From an uncultured Alphaproteobacteria bacterium (GTDB lineage Bacteria > Pseudomonadota > Alphaproteobacteria > Rhizobiales > Xanthobacteraceae): a stretch of 64,000 bases of DNA. Location: NCBI GenBank assembly GCA_963739755.1, contig CAVUCB010000099.1, positions 11,148-75,147 on the forward strand, given 5' to 3'. The stretch's first letter is position 1; every line of letters starts with the position of its first letter. This document shows positions 1-12,121 of the stretch, one piece after another. Below the pieces are notes generated by a model, which was given only the letters and a program-made list of their open reading frames with translations, searched no databases and was not told the origin of the DNA. The translations under genes and the position numbers were made by a program.

Positions 1-1447
1 CCGACTTACCCCACGTGTAGAACGGGTTGATCGATGCTTCGCCGGACCACGGTTGGCCAGGCGACACGCTGGCGATTTTCTCGCTCGGCATAAGCGTAAC
101 GGTGGTGCACCATTCGACCTCGCCGATGAACACGAGGTTCAACTGGGGATCGTAAGCGGGACCGTTCCACTCGGCGCCGCCAGTCGAGCCGGGACAAAAG
201 TGGACGGGCTTGCCGACCACAAACGGCGCATCCTCGTTCTCCATCCGGGTGACCGGCAGCCTGTAGAGCAAGGCATTGGTGTCGAGATCGAAGCCGTAAA
301 GGTGGCCGTCCTTCGGGGCGACCGACAGAACCTTCTTGCCGCCTGCGGTCTTGATAATGGCTGGAGCGCCGGAAACGTCCCAATCGTGCCAGTCTTTCGG
401 CACGATCTTGAAGTGGTTCTTGTAAGCCCCGGTCATCGCGTCGAGGACGACGACCGAGCCGGAATAAAGGTTCGACCCTTCACGCACCTCGGGTGCAAAA
501 TCAGGTGCGGGGTTCCCGCCCGGCACATACAACAAGCCGGTATCCGGATCCAAGGTGTATGAAGTCCAGGTCGCACCGCCGGTTATCGGCACGCCTTCCG
601 AGTTGCCCCAAGTCGACGCATTGAGGGGTGAAGCACCGAGCGGTCCGCGCGTCGGATCGCCTTCAGCCTTCGGCACGAGATAGAACTCCCAAACGATCTT
701 GCCGGTTTTGGCGTCAAGCGCATACATGCGCCCCTTCACTCCCTTGATGTCGCCCCCTGCGTTGCCGATGAAAACCAAACCGTTCCAGGCGATCGGAGCC
801 GCCGGGGCGCTCTCGCCCTTCTTCGGGTCCCCGATCGTGGTTGCCCAGATGCGTTTGCCCGTCTTGAAATCGTAGGCGAGGACACGGGCGTCCTGGGTGC
901 CGCGGAAAAGCATGCCGTCTAGATACGCCGCGCCGCGATTGACCTCCTGGGGCGTCGCCGGAACGTAATCCTCATGCGTGCGCCAGTTCTCGCGGCATGT
1001 CGAAGGATCGATGGAGTAGATGTCGAATGCGGTCACGAAGATCAGCGCGCCGTTCACCTCCAACAGCCCGGAATTGAAGCTGGTATATTGCCTGGTATCA
1101 TAAGTGCAGAGAACTTTGAGCTTCTCGGCGTTTGTTCTGTTGATCTGACTTAACTCCGAGAAACGGTTCGAGGTGAGCGTCTTGTTGTAGCTTGGCCAGT
1201 CTCCCTCAGTGCCGCCTGGAGCAGCTTGCGGCGCTGCCGAGGCCGTCGAGGCTGATGGCTGCCCCGCCGCTCCGGTCGGGGCGACTTCCGTTTCAAGGGT
1301 CCCAGCGGGAGCCGACCAATAGCGCACATAATTTATCGCCGTCGACCCGATCTGAACCGTTTGGTCCCAATAAACATAGGACAGACCGGCTATGGCAATG
1401 CCGACGACAACGATTGCGCCGAGGAAAGCGCGAAGGGAAAATTTCAT
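1..1447 (-). CDS. PQQ-dependent dehydrogenase (beta-propeller), 3' end runs off the window
   Basis: Manual translation from ATG 1447: MKFSLRAFLGAIVVVGIA...DWPSYNKTLTSNRFSELSQIN...NRGAAY...PAAPIAW...GRMYALDAKTGKIVWEF...GGATWTSYTLD; GGGAG RBS upstream. Confidence 0.85.
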   Translation of the reverse strand, partial: MKFSLRAFLGAIVVVGIAIAGLSYVYWDQTVQIGSTAINYVRYWSAPAGTLETEVAPTGAAGQPSASTASAAPQAAPGGTEGDWPSYNKTLTSNRFSELSQINRTNAEKLKVLCTYDTRQYTSFNSGLLEVNGALIFVTAFDIYSIDPSTCRENWRTHEDYVPATPQEVNRGAAYLDGMLFRGTQDARVLAYDFKTGKRIWATTIGDPKKGESAPAAPIAWNGLVFIGNAGGDIKGVKGRMYALDAKTGKIVWEFYLVPKAEGDPTRGPLGASPLNASTWGNSEGVPITGGATWTSYTLDPDTGLLYVPGGNPAPDFAPEVREGSNLYSGSVVVLDAMTGAYKNHFKIVPKDWHDWDVSGAPAIIKTAGGKKVLSVAPKDGHLYGFDLDTNALLYRLPVTRMENEDAPFVVGKPVHFCPGSTGGAEWNGPAYDPQLNLVFIGEVEWCTTVTLMPSEKIASVSPGQPWSGEASINPFYTWGKS

Positions 1448-1862
1448 CGGTTGACTCCCTGAATTGCTAATTCTGTGGGACAGGAGCAAGCAGAACTCCG
1501 CCGGGCAGAGTCGGGCATATGGATGAATTCGTTCGCCGATGTCCGTACGAGGTAAGCGAAATACCTCGGCGCGAACCTGCCGTTCCCAAGGAAATTTCCA
1601 ATCCGACGCTACCTGTAGTTTCGGAGGAAGCTATGCAAAAACGGCAAAAAGCGTCGACTGTTCGCCGTTGATGCGTCGGCGCAATACCTGGAGCGCAGGG
1701 CTGACCTAACCGTATGAAGGCTGTCCAGGTGCGACAAGACGCCGCCTAAGAATGATATCCAGCTTCCGAAGTTGCATAGGCGGATCGCGGCTGATTTTTC
1801 ATGCTTCGTGTTTTAGCCAGGGCCGAACGCGACGGCGGCACGCTTCAAATGAGATAATTCGG

Positions 1863-2820
1863 ATGACGGAGAACGGCACGGTCACGTTTGCTAGTCCCGA
1901 CGAATACAGCGCTGCAATTGGAGCTGCGAAGGTCGATCTCTTCGTGACGGCGGGGGGAGAGTTCAAAGGACGATTGACCTGGCTGAATCTGGGTGGACTG
2001 CACGTGCTTCGGGGGCGAGAGAATCTGCCGCGCATTGCCTTCGTCGCATTGCCGCCGGCTCAGACACACATCTCGTTTCCGGCGAGCGGATTATCGGGCT
2101 TGATATATTGCGGGCTCGGCTTGAACGCTGGCGACCTGGTTTTCCATGGCCTCGGCGAGCGGGCGCATCAGCGCACAGTTGGAGAAGGGGACTGGTGCTT
2201 CATGTCGCTGGCGCCAGAGCAACTCGCCGCATGCAGCAAAGCTTTGACCGGGCAAAGTATCAGACCGCCAGCGGAGGGGCGCGTCATAGTGCCTGCGCCC
2301 AGCGCCTCCAGAGCATTGTTGAGCCCGCTTTCAAAGGCGTGCCGTCTCGCCGAGACCAGACGGCAGCTGATAGCCAACCCCGAGGTTGCGCGATCCCTCG
2401 AGCAGGAGTTGCTTCATGCGCTCGTCAATTGCCTGGCTACCGAGAATGCTGACAGGACTATCGAGGTGGAGGCGGCGTCATACCGACATCATGGTCCGCT
2501 TCGAGGAGGCCCTCGCGACACGAAGCGAGCCGCATCTGAATTTGTCGGAAATCTGCAATGCGATCGGCGTGCCGGAGCGGACCTTGCGACTTTGCTGCGC
2601 TGAATTTCTGGGTGTCAGCCCGATCCGGTACTACCTGTTGCGGCGCTTGAACATGGCGCGCACGGCATTGCGACGCGCCGATCCGGAAACGGCGAGTGTC
2701 GCGGAAATTGCACGAGATCATCAGTTCACTGAGCTCGGGCGCTTCGCCGTGGCCTACCGCGCCATCTTCGGCGAAACACCATCATCAACCCTGCGGCGCG
2801 CTTCAATCAAAACCGAATAA
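1863..2820 (+). CDS. AraC-family transcriptional regulator (frameshift near 2460)
   Basis: ORFs 1752-2603 and 2386-2820 join; C-terminal GVPERTLRLCCAEFLGVSP...FTELGRFAVAYRAIFGETPS AraC HTH. Confidence 0.85.
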
Positions 2821-3004
2821 TTGAGAGACGGTCTGCCGAAACCGCATAGCGCCCTCAGGGCAAGGCAGGGAAGGTTGACCTCGATAGGAAGCGGATAGCT
2901 GCGGCGACAGCCGTCGGCAATCGAGACCTGCTTTCTGCAGCCGCCTACCAGACATCGAAAGAAATCTGTCCATTCACGCATCACGAAAATTAGGAGCTGG
3001 AGCT

Positions 3005-4738
3005 ATGAAGATCAGTAAACGTTTAAGAAGTATGCTGGCTTCAACCGCCGCGTTGGCGGCGGTGAGCTTGTCCGCAACGACCTTGCCGGCCTTTGCGCAG
3101 GCGCCGGCAGGCAAGCCCAACATCTTGTTCATCATGGGCGACGACATCGGCTGGATGCAGCCGAGCATTTATCATCGCGGCTTGATGGTAGGTGAAACGC
3201 CGAACATCGACCGCATCGGAAACGAGGGTGCGATCTTCATGGACTACGTGCGCCATGCAGAGTTGCACCTCCGGGCGCAATGCCTTCTTCACCGGCATGT
3301 ATCCGCTGCGAACCGGCATGATCCCGCCGCAACTGCCCGGCAGCCCATCCTATTTGCGACCCGGCACGCCGGCCCTGGCACAATTCCTGTACGATCTCGG
3401 CTACACCACCGGCGAGTTCGGCAAGAACCATCTCGGCGATCACACCGCGGCCCTCCCCACCGCGCACGGCTTCCAGGAATACTGGGGGTACCTGTATCAC
3501 CTCGACGCGATGCAGCGGAGTGAGCTTCCCTGACATCAACAAGACTCCGACTCGAGCAGAGCTGTTGCGCCGCCCTGCCAGAATACGCCCATCCCCGGTG
3601 TCCCCGAAGTTGCCGGCGCCGTCGATCCCAAGACAACGATATGCCTGACGCCACCGCGCCCGGTGCTCTGGTGCAAGTCCTCGGATGGTTCGGAGAAGAA
3701 CCAGATGTGCAAGGACGAGGGTCCGCTGACGCTGGAGCGGTCAAAAACGGTAGACGAGGAGATCTCGGCAAAGGTGGTCGACTTTCTCGACCGCAACGAT
3801 CCGAAGAAGACCAACAAGCCCTTCTTCGTCTGGTACAACCCGGCGCGGATGCACGTCACCACCGTGCTGTCGGACAAGTACATGGCCATGGTCGGCGAGC
3901 CGGGTGGCAAGGACTGGGGCGTCAACGAAGCCGGCATGAAGCAGATGGACGACAATATCGGCGTCGTTCTCAAGAAGCTGGAAGACATCGGCCAGCTCGA
4001 CAATACCATCGTCGTCTTCACCACCGATAACGGCGCCGAGGCGATCTCCTTCCCGGACGGCGGCGTGACCCCGTTCAAGGGCCAAAAGGGCGAGGCCTGG
4101 GAAGGCGGCTACCGTGCCCCGTGTGTCGTGCGCTGGCCGGGCCACATCAAGCCGGGCACGGTCAAGAACCAGCTGTTCGCCGCGCTGGACTGGGTGCCCA
4201 CGTTCGTTGATATCGCCGGCGGGCCCAAGGGCGACGGGCTGAAGACGCAGATCGAGGCCGGACAATACCCCGGCATCGTCAAGACCACGCTCGACGGCTT
4301 CGACCAGCGCGCCTATCTCGAAGGCTCGTCGGAAAAGTCGGCCCGCGACTTCTTCTTCTACTTCTCGGGCGCGACGCCGTCTGCGGTGCGCTACAAGAAC
4401 TGGAAGATGTACTACACGATGTCGCAGCCCGGGCCGGCCGGCTGGATCATGCCGCTCGTTCCGTTCCACTTTACCCTGGTCCAGAACATCAAGCGTGATC
4501 CGTTCGAGCAGGCGGTCGGGATCGACCAGAAGTCTGCAATGAGCCTCGGCGGTGCGCTCTCGGTCCGGTGACAGCCTTCCAGTATGACTGGAACATGCTG
4601 CCGATCGGTCAGCAGCTGTGGCTGGAGCACCTGCTGTCGTACGAAAAGTACCCGCCGCTGCAGGCACCCGAGAGCTACAACCTCAGTGGGGTCATGGATC
4701 AGGTCAAAAAGGCCAACGCCAGTCACGCGAGCGACTAG
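3005..4738 (+). CDS. Arylsulfatase (Cys-type), several frameshifts
   Basis: Signal peptide; KPNILFIMGDDIG, SCTSGR (CxxxR), GKNHLGD, FTTDNG, KGEAWEGGYR; fragments in several frames; stop at 4736-4738. Confidence 0.9.
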
Positions 4739-4768
4739 CGGCCTGAGACGAGCTTGAGAAGTTACGGA

Positions 4769-4795
4769 GTGGGCGTCCCGTGACGGGGCGCCCAC
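4769..4795 (+). terminator. Hairpin between convergent genes
   Basis: GTGGGCGTCCCG-TGA-CGGGGCGCCCAC. Confidence 0.6.
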
Positions 4796-4821
4796 GAACT
4801 GCGTCTGCTTTTCCCGGGTGA

Positions 4822-5593
4822 CTACCGAGGAAGTGTAATATCAAACAGCGGTTGGATAAGTGCGGCGGTGTTGTTTGCCATGCCCCATGGGGTGGTCAGC
4901 CTGATTTCCCGTCCGGCGAAAGACAAGCTCTCTTGGGTTACGAAACTACTTGCTACGGCTGCCACATTGCCCTCGCAGTCGACGATGGGAGCTCCTGACG
5001 CGCCATGGTCGAGTACATAACGGTCGTTGTTTCGCTCTTCGATATCCCACATCTCGAAGAGAGCCGATCCCGGTCGCACTTTGGCAAACGGATCATCGGA
5101 GTGGAATGTCGCCACTACCCGCAATTTCAGCGAACCTGCCCTTTGCAAAGCGGAGTCCGTCGAGATAAGCAATGCTGCGTACTGGCTCGTTTCTTGAAAG
5201 CGGCCTCTCGCGAAGCTTGAGAGTCCGTGCGTTAGGAAATGGTTCCCGTAACTCAAAGAGCGCGAGTCCCTCGGGAAGTGCCCTTACGACCGCAAGTAAC
5301 CGAGCACTCACCTCAACCGTGACGTCTCGCTGCCGTACATCGATGTTCCTCCACTCGCCTCTCGGCAGTACGGGTGGGTCATCGACGAAGTGCGCTATCG
5401 AGACCAAATACCGCGTGCTGCGGTAAAACCAGGCTGTCGCGCGATATCCGTCAAGCGACGGCCGCGGTTTCTCGTTAGCGGTGAAGTATCGCGTGATGCT
5501 GACCGTTGTTGCCGCGAGCGTTGAAGGGTCGATACAGGCGTCCTCCGCACGAGCACATGGCGCAATCACCATCATGAAGACCAAAATCATCAT
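4822..5593 (-). CDS. Secreted trypsin-like serine protease (frameshift near 5100)
   Basis: Signal peptide; ATAWF...VSIAHF (His) and DHGASGAPIVDCEG (GxSG nucleophile) across two frames. Confidence 0.65.
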
Positions 5594-6420
5594 TAGTCGT
5601 CTGGTCAGGCGGGCACTCGGCCCGGCGCAGGCCTGTTCCGGTCGCGCGAGGAGGGCGCTCCGGCGACTAATCATTCGGCCAAGCAGAAGCATGCAGGTCG
5701 CGGACGCGAGGATGCTTAGCGTGGTGTCATGATCCTCCTCTCCGGCAGATTGATCAAATACAGTTCGTACGCCCGCAGCCCGCAGGCCCGCCAGCATTCC
5801 CACATGCGCCCCCTTTGCCCGATCCCGATGACATGAAAAATCGATTCGTGCGAACCGACAATTGGCGCGAAGGCTTTGTCTTGAATTCTTCCCCGCTATT
5901 TTGCTCGCGTTCAGTCGAAATATTGCCGGCGCCCTCTGGCCGAACGGGACGGCGCCGAAGGCCGGCTGTGCCGACAGTGCGCCCGCCGATCGCCCGACCC
6001 AGTGACCTTCCCTCATGTGCAGTATCGCCCACGCCAGGTCGGCGTCAGAATTATCGAAAGTGCAAAAGAGACGTTCCTGGACCACCATCGAAGCTCGGTA
6101 GAGCGCTTCTGTAGAACGAGGTTCGCAGTACCATGTGCCTGCTGCCGAGCGCCTCGCGACATTTGACAACGACGGCAAGCGACGCGAATTGGGAACGCGA
6201 AACCACGCATGTACGCAACTGACTAGCAGTCGAGGGGCTGCATGGATTTCAGGAACTATCGAGGCGAAGGCTCGGCGCGCTGCGGCATCTTGCACTCATT
6301 CCGAGATCAAGGGAGGTCGCTCGCTTGACCGCATTTCTGCCGAAATCGCATAGTGCGAGCGGTCGCGTTTTGGCAATGTGAATGCAAGCAGTCCCCTCAT
6401 AGCGATAGCCGGGGTTTCTT

Positions 6421-7407
6421 ATGAATTTCACCAGGAAAACACAGGATCTGGCCCAAACGGTCGAGCATTCCGCGGAGGAAGGGATGGTCTATATCCCCGG
6501 CGGGACCTTTCTCATGGGATCTGACCGGCACTATCCGGAGGAAGCGCCGGTCCATCGGGTCACTGTGGACGGGTTCTGGTTGGACCGAACGCCCGTCACC
6601 AATCGCCAATTCCGCGAGTTCATCAACGCGACCGGTTACACCACCTTCGCCGAGATCACGCCCGACGCGAAGGACTATCCCGACGCATTGCCGCACATGC
6701 TTAGGGCGGGCTCCCTGGTTTTTACCCCGCCCAAGCACGCCCCGGACCTGCGCTACTGGGGAGAATGGTGGACCTACAAATTTGGTGCCAATTGGCGTCG
6801 GCCTTCCGGACCGACACAGCAACCTTCGCGGGCTCGAAGACCATCCGGTCGTCCACGTCGCCTACCGTGACGTCGAAGCCTATGCCAAATGGGCCGGCAA
6901 GGAATTGCCGACTGAAGCCGAATGGGAGTTCGCCGCGCGTGGCGGGCTTGATGGAGTCGAATTCGCGTGGGGGACCGAATTGACGCCCGGAGGCAAGCAT
7001 ATGGCGAACACCTGGCAGGGCGATTTTCCGTGCCAGAACCTGGCGAGCGACGGCTTCGAACGCACTTCGCCGGTCACCGCATTCCCGGCCAACGGATACG
7101 GCCTCCACGACATGATCGGGAATGTCTGGGAATGGACCACCGACTGGTTCTCGCCGAAACACGAAGCCGATGCGCCCAAAGCGTGCTGCATTCCGGAAAA
7201 CCCGCGCGGCGGGCCTGAGGCGGCGAGCTACGACCCTGTGACCCGAAGATCAGGATTCCGCGCAAGGTGCTCAAGGGCGGCTCGCATCTGTGCGCACCGA
7301 ATTACTGCCGTCGCTATCGACCGGCGGCGCGCCATGCCGAGCCGATCGATACTTCAGCCAGCCATGTCGGGTTCAGGTGCATCATCAGGAGGAGCATCGC
7401 GTCATGA
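6421..7407 (+). CDS. Formylglycine-generating enzyme (sulfatase maturase), two frameshifts
   Basis: [68 protein letters not shown]; TGA at 7405-7407. Confidence 0.9.
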
Positions 7408-7523
7408 GCGCCGTCTCCTCCGTGACGGTCTGTGGAATAGTCCTCGACGCGCGAAGCGCCATGTAGCGAAGTTATTGCCGTGCATCCGCTTTGTTGGCGG
7501 GGCGCAGAAGAGGGAGCTGTCCG

Positions 7524-7840
7524 ATGCCTATTTCAGTCGCCATGATCGTCGTTAGTTCGCAGCTTGTCGTCGCAGTTGCCGACAGGGTACCGACATTCGA
7601 TATCTCACGAAGCTGCAGGCTCGACCTGGCTGCAACTGCAGGACTCTCAGTGATCAGTCGCAAAAGAGTTGTGTCGGGGACGAAAAGAGGGCGCGCCAGA
7701 AGTTGGCGAGCCAATGGTCCAAGTTCTCTGCGCCGAGCAAGGCCGAGTGCATTCCGCAGGAGAGCATCGGCGGCACCCCGAGCTACGTCAGCCTGCTGAC
7801 GTGCCTGCAGATGGGGGCAGTGGGCTCGACGATAGACTAA
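7524..7840 (+). CDS. Small secreted Cys-containing hypothetical protein (frameshift near 7655)
   Basis: GGGAG RBS; MPISVAMIVV...VPTFDISRSC...C...W...C...PSYVSLLTCLQM. Confidence 0.6.
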
Positions 7841-8730
7841 CGCGAGGATCGCCTTCCATGGCGAGGGCGCCGACGCGGCTATAGCGAATAGGCAGACGTC
7901 AGCCCGAGAACGAGAGCTGGCAAAAACAATTTGTCCGTTGTCTGGATGAGCACGACGGATAGCGTTTTTCGCAATCCTTCTCCAATCATGAACATGAAAG
8001 AGGCCATCCGTCGGACTGCATCCACTACGATGGGCGTACGGGAGCGGACGGCGGCCAGCGCAATCGGTACTTCGACACTTCAACTTTCGTTCCCGTATGG
8101 CCCTGGGTCTATACCTGCGCCGCAGCCGAGTCCGGCGTCCTCTGCACGTTTGCCCGGGTAGTTTGAGTTCAACTACTTCGGCGCGGCCTTGCCTGCGCTG
8201 TCGGAGGACGCAGATTGACGCGCGCGCGGGTCGGCTCCTCGGCTATTGGTAGCTCCTTGTTCAGGAGATCCGACGCTAATTTGGCACCCTGCGCGGCTCC
8301 TCGAATCGTCTGAGTGTGGAAGCACATTTCGAGTATGAAGGAGTTGGGCCAGGGGTCTTTCAAGAGTTGCTTCCCGTTCTTCGAGGGACAACCTCTCTGT
8401 CTAAGCATGTCCTCGCAAAATAGAAAAAGTGCCGCAGATTTAGCTACTTAGAGCTCTTCATGGTCGGAAAATCCTCGTGGCATTTGTGCAACATTCGCCC
8501 AAAAACGAGCCAACACGACCTGAAACCGAGCACTCGGTTGTTGCTTGATCGGAACTGTTCGTTTCTTATCCATGGAGCGACGGAGGGGGGCATCCCGAGG
8601 TCGTCCCGTTTTAGGTGGTTCGCTTAAGTCCACCAACGCCACGAGGATCGGTCGGTCTTCAAGGGTTTTTTGCGGGTAGTCTATCACGCTTTGTACAAGC
8701 CTTTGTACGGGGCAAACTTGGAGGTTTAAC

Positions 8731-10314
8731 ATGACGATGGTTAAGAGCCTTGTCCTCGGCTCGGCGGCGGCTCTTGTCGCCATGGGCGGGGCACAGGCGG
8801 CTGATCTTCCCGTGAAGGCCAAAGCGGTCGAATACGTGAGGGTCTGCTCCCTGTATGGTGCCGGATTCTGGTACATTCCTGGCACCGATACCTGCATCAA
8901 GATCGGCGGTTATCTGCGCGTCGATACCACGTTCAACGGCGGTATCTACGACCAGCCGGCCTGGAGTGGCGATAACGGACAGAACAACCGGTACCGCGAC
9001 TATTTCAACTCCCGTTCCCGTTTGGCGCTGACGATCGATACCCGCACCGCCACCGAGTACGGCGTCGTCCGCACCTTCGGTCAGTCCGACTGGAACTTCA
9101 ACAACTACGGCACCGCCAACAACGGTGTGCTGAGTGCTGCTCCGACCGCTCCGGCCGGTCTCAACGCCTCTCTGCTCGACAGCGTCGGCGGCGGCTATGT
9201 CGGTGTCGAATACGTGTTCATCCAGTTCGCCGGCTTCACCTTCGGTAAGTCGTCGTCTGCGTATGCCACGCCCTGGAACGGCTATCCGGGCAACAACACG
9301 TCCTTCCTGATCGGCGGCAACGACTCGGTTACCGGTGTGAACAACATCCAGTACACCGCACAGTTCGGCAACGGCGTGTCGGGCAGCATTGGTCTTGACG
9401 ATCCGAGCGTGTTCAATCGCACTTCGATCTTCAACCTGTCGATCGGCTTGCCGGCGAGCGGAACGGGTGCTATCGCCAGTGCCTATGGCGGCACGCATGC
9501 TCCTGACGTTGTCGGCAACATCCGCGTCGACCAGGCTTGGGGTCTGTTCCAGTTTTCGGCCGCGGCTCACGAAGTTGATGCTTCCTACAATAACCTGAAC
9601 CTCGGCACTGCTTTTCCGAATAACTTGTCGGAAATCTCGGGTCACCCCAGCACCAAGTGGGGCGGTTCGGTGATGGCGGCCTTGGACATCAAGAACATCC
9701 CGTGGGGTGCCGGCGACGACTTCAAGATCGACGCGAGCTACGCCAAGGGCGACACGAAAAACGTGATCTCCACCAGCGGTGCCTCGCCTAGCTTCCTGAT
9801 CTACGGGGCGCAAGGTGGTGGCTCTGTAAGGCCGGGTGCATATGACAGCTTCGGGTTCGGTGCTACTACCGACGCGCTCTATTTGCCTGTCGCGAATGGC
9901 GGAGATGGAAGTCTGCATCTGACGACGTCTTATGGTGTCCGTGGTGCGTACAACCACAACTGGGATCCATACTGGTCGAGCAGCCTTTTCGGCGGCTGGG
10001 GTGCGGTCCAATACGATGGCACCGCGAAGGTGCTCTATTGTAACGAATTTATTAGAGCTACCGGAGGGCTGGCAACGAAGTCGGTGGACTTCTCCTGCAA
10101 TCCCGACTTCAACGTCGCCATGGTCGGTACTGTCACCCGCTGGACTCCCGTCAAGAACTTGACGTTCTCGGGCGAAGTCCTATGGACCCGCCTTGACCAG
10201 AAGTTCACTGGGGCGGGTACCTTCCCCAGTGTTGCTCCGAAGCCGACTGCAGTCTTTAACTTCGCCGACCAGAACGTGGTCAGCTTGAACGTTCGCGTTC
10301 AGCGCAACTTCTGA
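8731..10314 (+). CDS. Alphaproteobacterial porin (Omp2b/RopA-like)
   Basis: AQAADLPVKAKAVEYVRVCSLYGAGFWYIPGTDTCIKIGGYLR...VQRNF with terminal Phe; GGAGG RBS. Confidence 0.95.
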   Translation: MTMVKSLVLGSAAALVAMGGAQAADLPVKAKAVEYVRVCSLYGAGFWYIPGTDTCIKIGGYLRVDTTFNGGIYDQPAWSGDNGQNNRYRDYFNSRSRLALTIDTRTATEYGVVRTFGQSDWNFNNYGTANNGVLSAAPTAPAGLNASLLDSVGGGYVGVEYVFIQFAGFTFGKSSSAYATPWNGYPGNNTSFLIGGNDSVTGVNNIQYTAQFGNGVSGSIGLDDPSVFNRTSIFNLSIGLPASGTGAIASAYGGTHAPDVVGNIRVDQAWGLFQFSAAAHEVDASYNNLNLGTAFPNNLSEISGHPSTKWGGSVMAALDIKNIPWGAGDDFKIDASYAKGDTKNVISTSGASPSFLIYGAQGGGSVRPGAYDSFGFGATTDALYLPVANGGDGSLHLTTSYGVRGAYNHNWDPYWSSSLFGGWGAVQYDGTAKVLYCNEFIRATGGLATKSVDFSCNPDFNVAMVGTVTRWTPVKNLTFSGEVLWTRLDQKFTGAGTFPSVAPKPTAVFNFADQNVVSLNVRVQRNF

Positions 10315-10337
10315 TCCTGACTTGACCAACACTTGAG

Positions 10338-10372
10338 GGAAGCCCCGGTAGGAAACTGCCGGGGTTTTCCTT
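10338..10372 (+). terminator. Rho-independent terminator
   Basis: GGAAGCCCCGGTAG-GAAA-CTGCCGGGGTTTTCC then T-run. Confidence 0.75.
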
Positions 10373-10481
10373 TGCCCGAGATACGTAAGTATTCCTGCTT
10401 TTTTGTCGACATGAAAATGAAGGAGAAAATTGAGTTCCGAAGTTGGCATAGAGCAGGCGCGGGGTCATTACAGACCAGGAC

Positions 10482-10826
10482 GTGACTTGGAAGCGCTTTC
10501 TTGGAATGATCGTCGATTCAATGATCGATTATGTTGAAGAGCTGCGTCATTTTTGGGCAAGGGCATTGGGAATTGCCGGTCCGCAATGGCTCATTCTTAT
10601 GGCCGTGGCCGACCTCGAGGACGATAGCGGGGTGCCCGACTATGCCGTTGCCAATTTGCTGCAGGTCCACGCGTCTTTTGTCAGGACGCATTCATCGACT
10701 TTAGAGAAAAAAGGATTCCTACGTCGTCAGCTGAAAGATGGCAAAGTGATGCGATTTTCGCTGACCGACCGCGCTCGCAAACATATGGACCGGTTTACGC
10801 GCTTATCGAATGCGCGTTCGCTTTGA
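10482..10826 (+). CDS. MarR-family winged-helix regulator
   Basis: WARALGIAGPQWLILMAV...VANLLQVHASFV...LEKKGFLRR...FSLTD. Confidence 0.7.
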   Translation: MTWKRFLGMIVDSMIDYVEELRHFWARALGIAGPQWLILMAVADLEDDSGVPDYAVANLLQVHASFVRTHSSTLEKKGFLRRQLKDGKVMRFSLTDRARKHMDRFTRLSNARSL

Positions 10827-10965
10827 GGGGCGCCCCGCGGCAGCCGAGGATTTCTCTTTTCTCCAAAACACTCCACTCTGCCGAGTTTTCGCGACTGACA
10901 ATCAGGCCCCGTAGGTGGCGCAAAAGCCTATCGAGCTATGCAATTCGGAATCCCAGCGATTCGAG
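10792..10965 (+). repeat. ~175-bp element, copy 1 (copy 2 at 19812-19986)
   Basis: Direct alignment by eye: TTTACGCGCTTATCGAATGCGC...GCCGAGTTTTCGCGACTG...TGCAATTCGGAAT.CCAGCGATTCGAG. Confidence 0.85.
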
Positions 10966-11435
10966 GCCGCACTGGCTGCCGCACGGAAGCTCAAGTGCCA
11001 CGTAGCCGTCGCCAAGCTGGACCGGCTCAGCCGCGACGTTCACTTCATATCGGGGCTCATGGCCCACAAGGTACCCTTCCTGGTCGCCGAGCTAGGTTGA
11101 CCCATTTGTCCTGCACTTGTTCGCCGCGCTTGCCGAGAAGGAACGCGCGCTCATCTCTACGCGCACACGGCAGGCCTTATCGGCTGCTAAGGCTCGCGGT
11201 GTCACCCTTGGCAACCCAAAGCTCCACACGGCCCGCAAGAGCGCTGTGGAGGGCTGTGAAGGCCGAGGCGGATCGCTACGCGGCCAACGTGCTGCCAATC
11301 ATCCGTGAAGCTCAGAAGGCGGGCGCGCGGACACTCAGGGAAATTGCGGAAGCGCTCAACGCTCGTGGGATTGCAACGGCACGCGGCGGCCAATGGTACG
11401 CGCAGTCGGTCGCCAACATACTTGAGCGGGCGTAG
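10964..11435 (+). pseudogene. Serine recombinase/resolvase remnant (N-terminus missing, broken frame)
   Basis: [10 protein letters not shown]...FAALAEKERALISTRTRQALSAAKARGVTLGNP...LREIAEALNARGIATARGGQW. Confidence 0.85.
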
Positions 11436-12121
11436 GAGCAAACAAGGGGGCTCATCGGGCATCTCGTGTTGCCCACCAGTTTTGATTGGGTCCTTCCTCC
11501 AGGGGACCTACGGCGCTGGATTTGGCCATCCCCCGACTTCAAAGCTAGACGGCTTCGCTGCGAGCGCCTGCCGAGCTGAAACGAGCCGTGTGCGCTCCTT
11601 AGGCGCCGCATCGGAGAGGTGTTGGCGTGATTGGCACTCGCTTTGCTCTATCCCGAAATGCGCGGCGTGCGCGTCCCAGAACAGATCAGCGCGGAGGCGA
11701 CCAATGGCAAGCTCGTATCTACTTGAGACACATCGGAAGACCGCAGCGGTCAATCGGCTACAAATCGCGACACTGATCGGGAGCCTCTCGCGCTCGCTGG
11801 CGTTGCTAGGGCCGTTGGTATAATTTCATCAGCGGCCTCGGCAATGGCTGCAGGACCCAAAACTCGGGCGGGGGCCTAGGAAAAATTCCGAAGGAACCCT
11901 TCTCCCGGCGCGGCGGCGCGCGGAAATTAATAGAAAATCCTTCTACGGTGTTAGGTTTCCGTGAAAAGGCTGTAGCTGCTTAGCCTGCCCGTCCGTGGTG
12001 GCGCGCGCGCCAGACGTATCCGCATCGCGGCGTTGCTGCTTTAGCGAATGGCAGCGGTGTGGCGTCAGCCGGAGCCCGTCGCTGCCTGTGAGGCGGTCGA
12101 GGCCGAGGCGAAGGGCGTAGG

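Noticed and set aside
11488-11900. GGGTCCT sequences reminiscent of lambda cosQ
   Set aside because: A 7-mer is expected by chance in GC-rich DNA, and there are no terminase or head genes nearby
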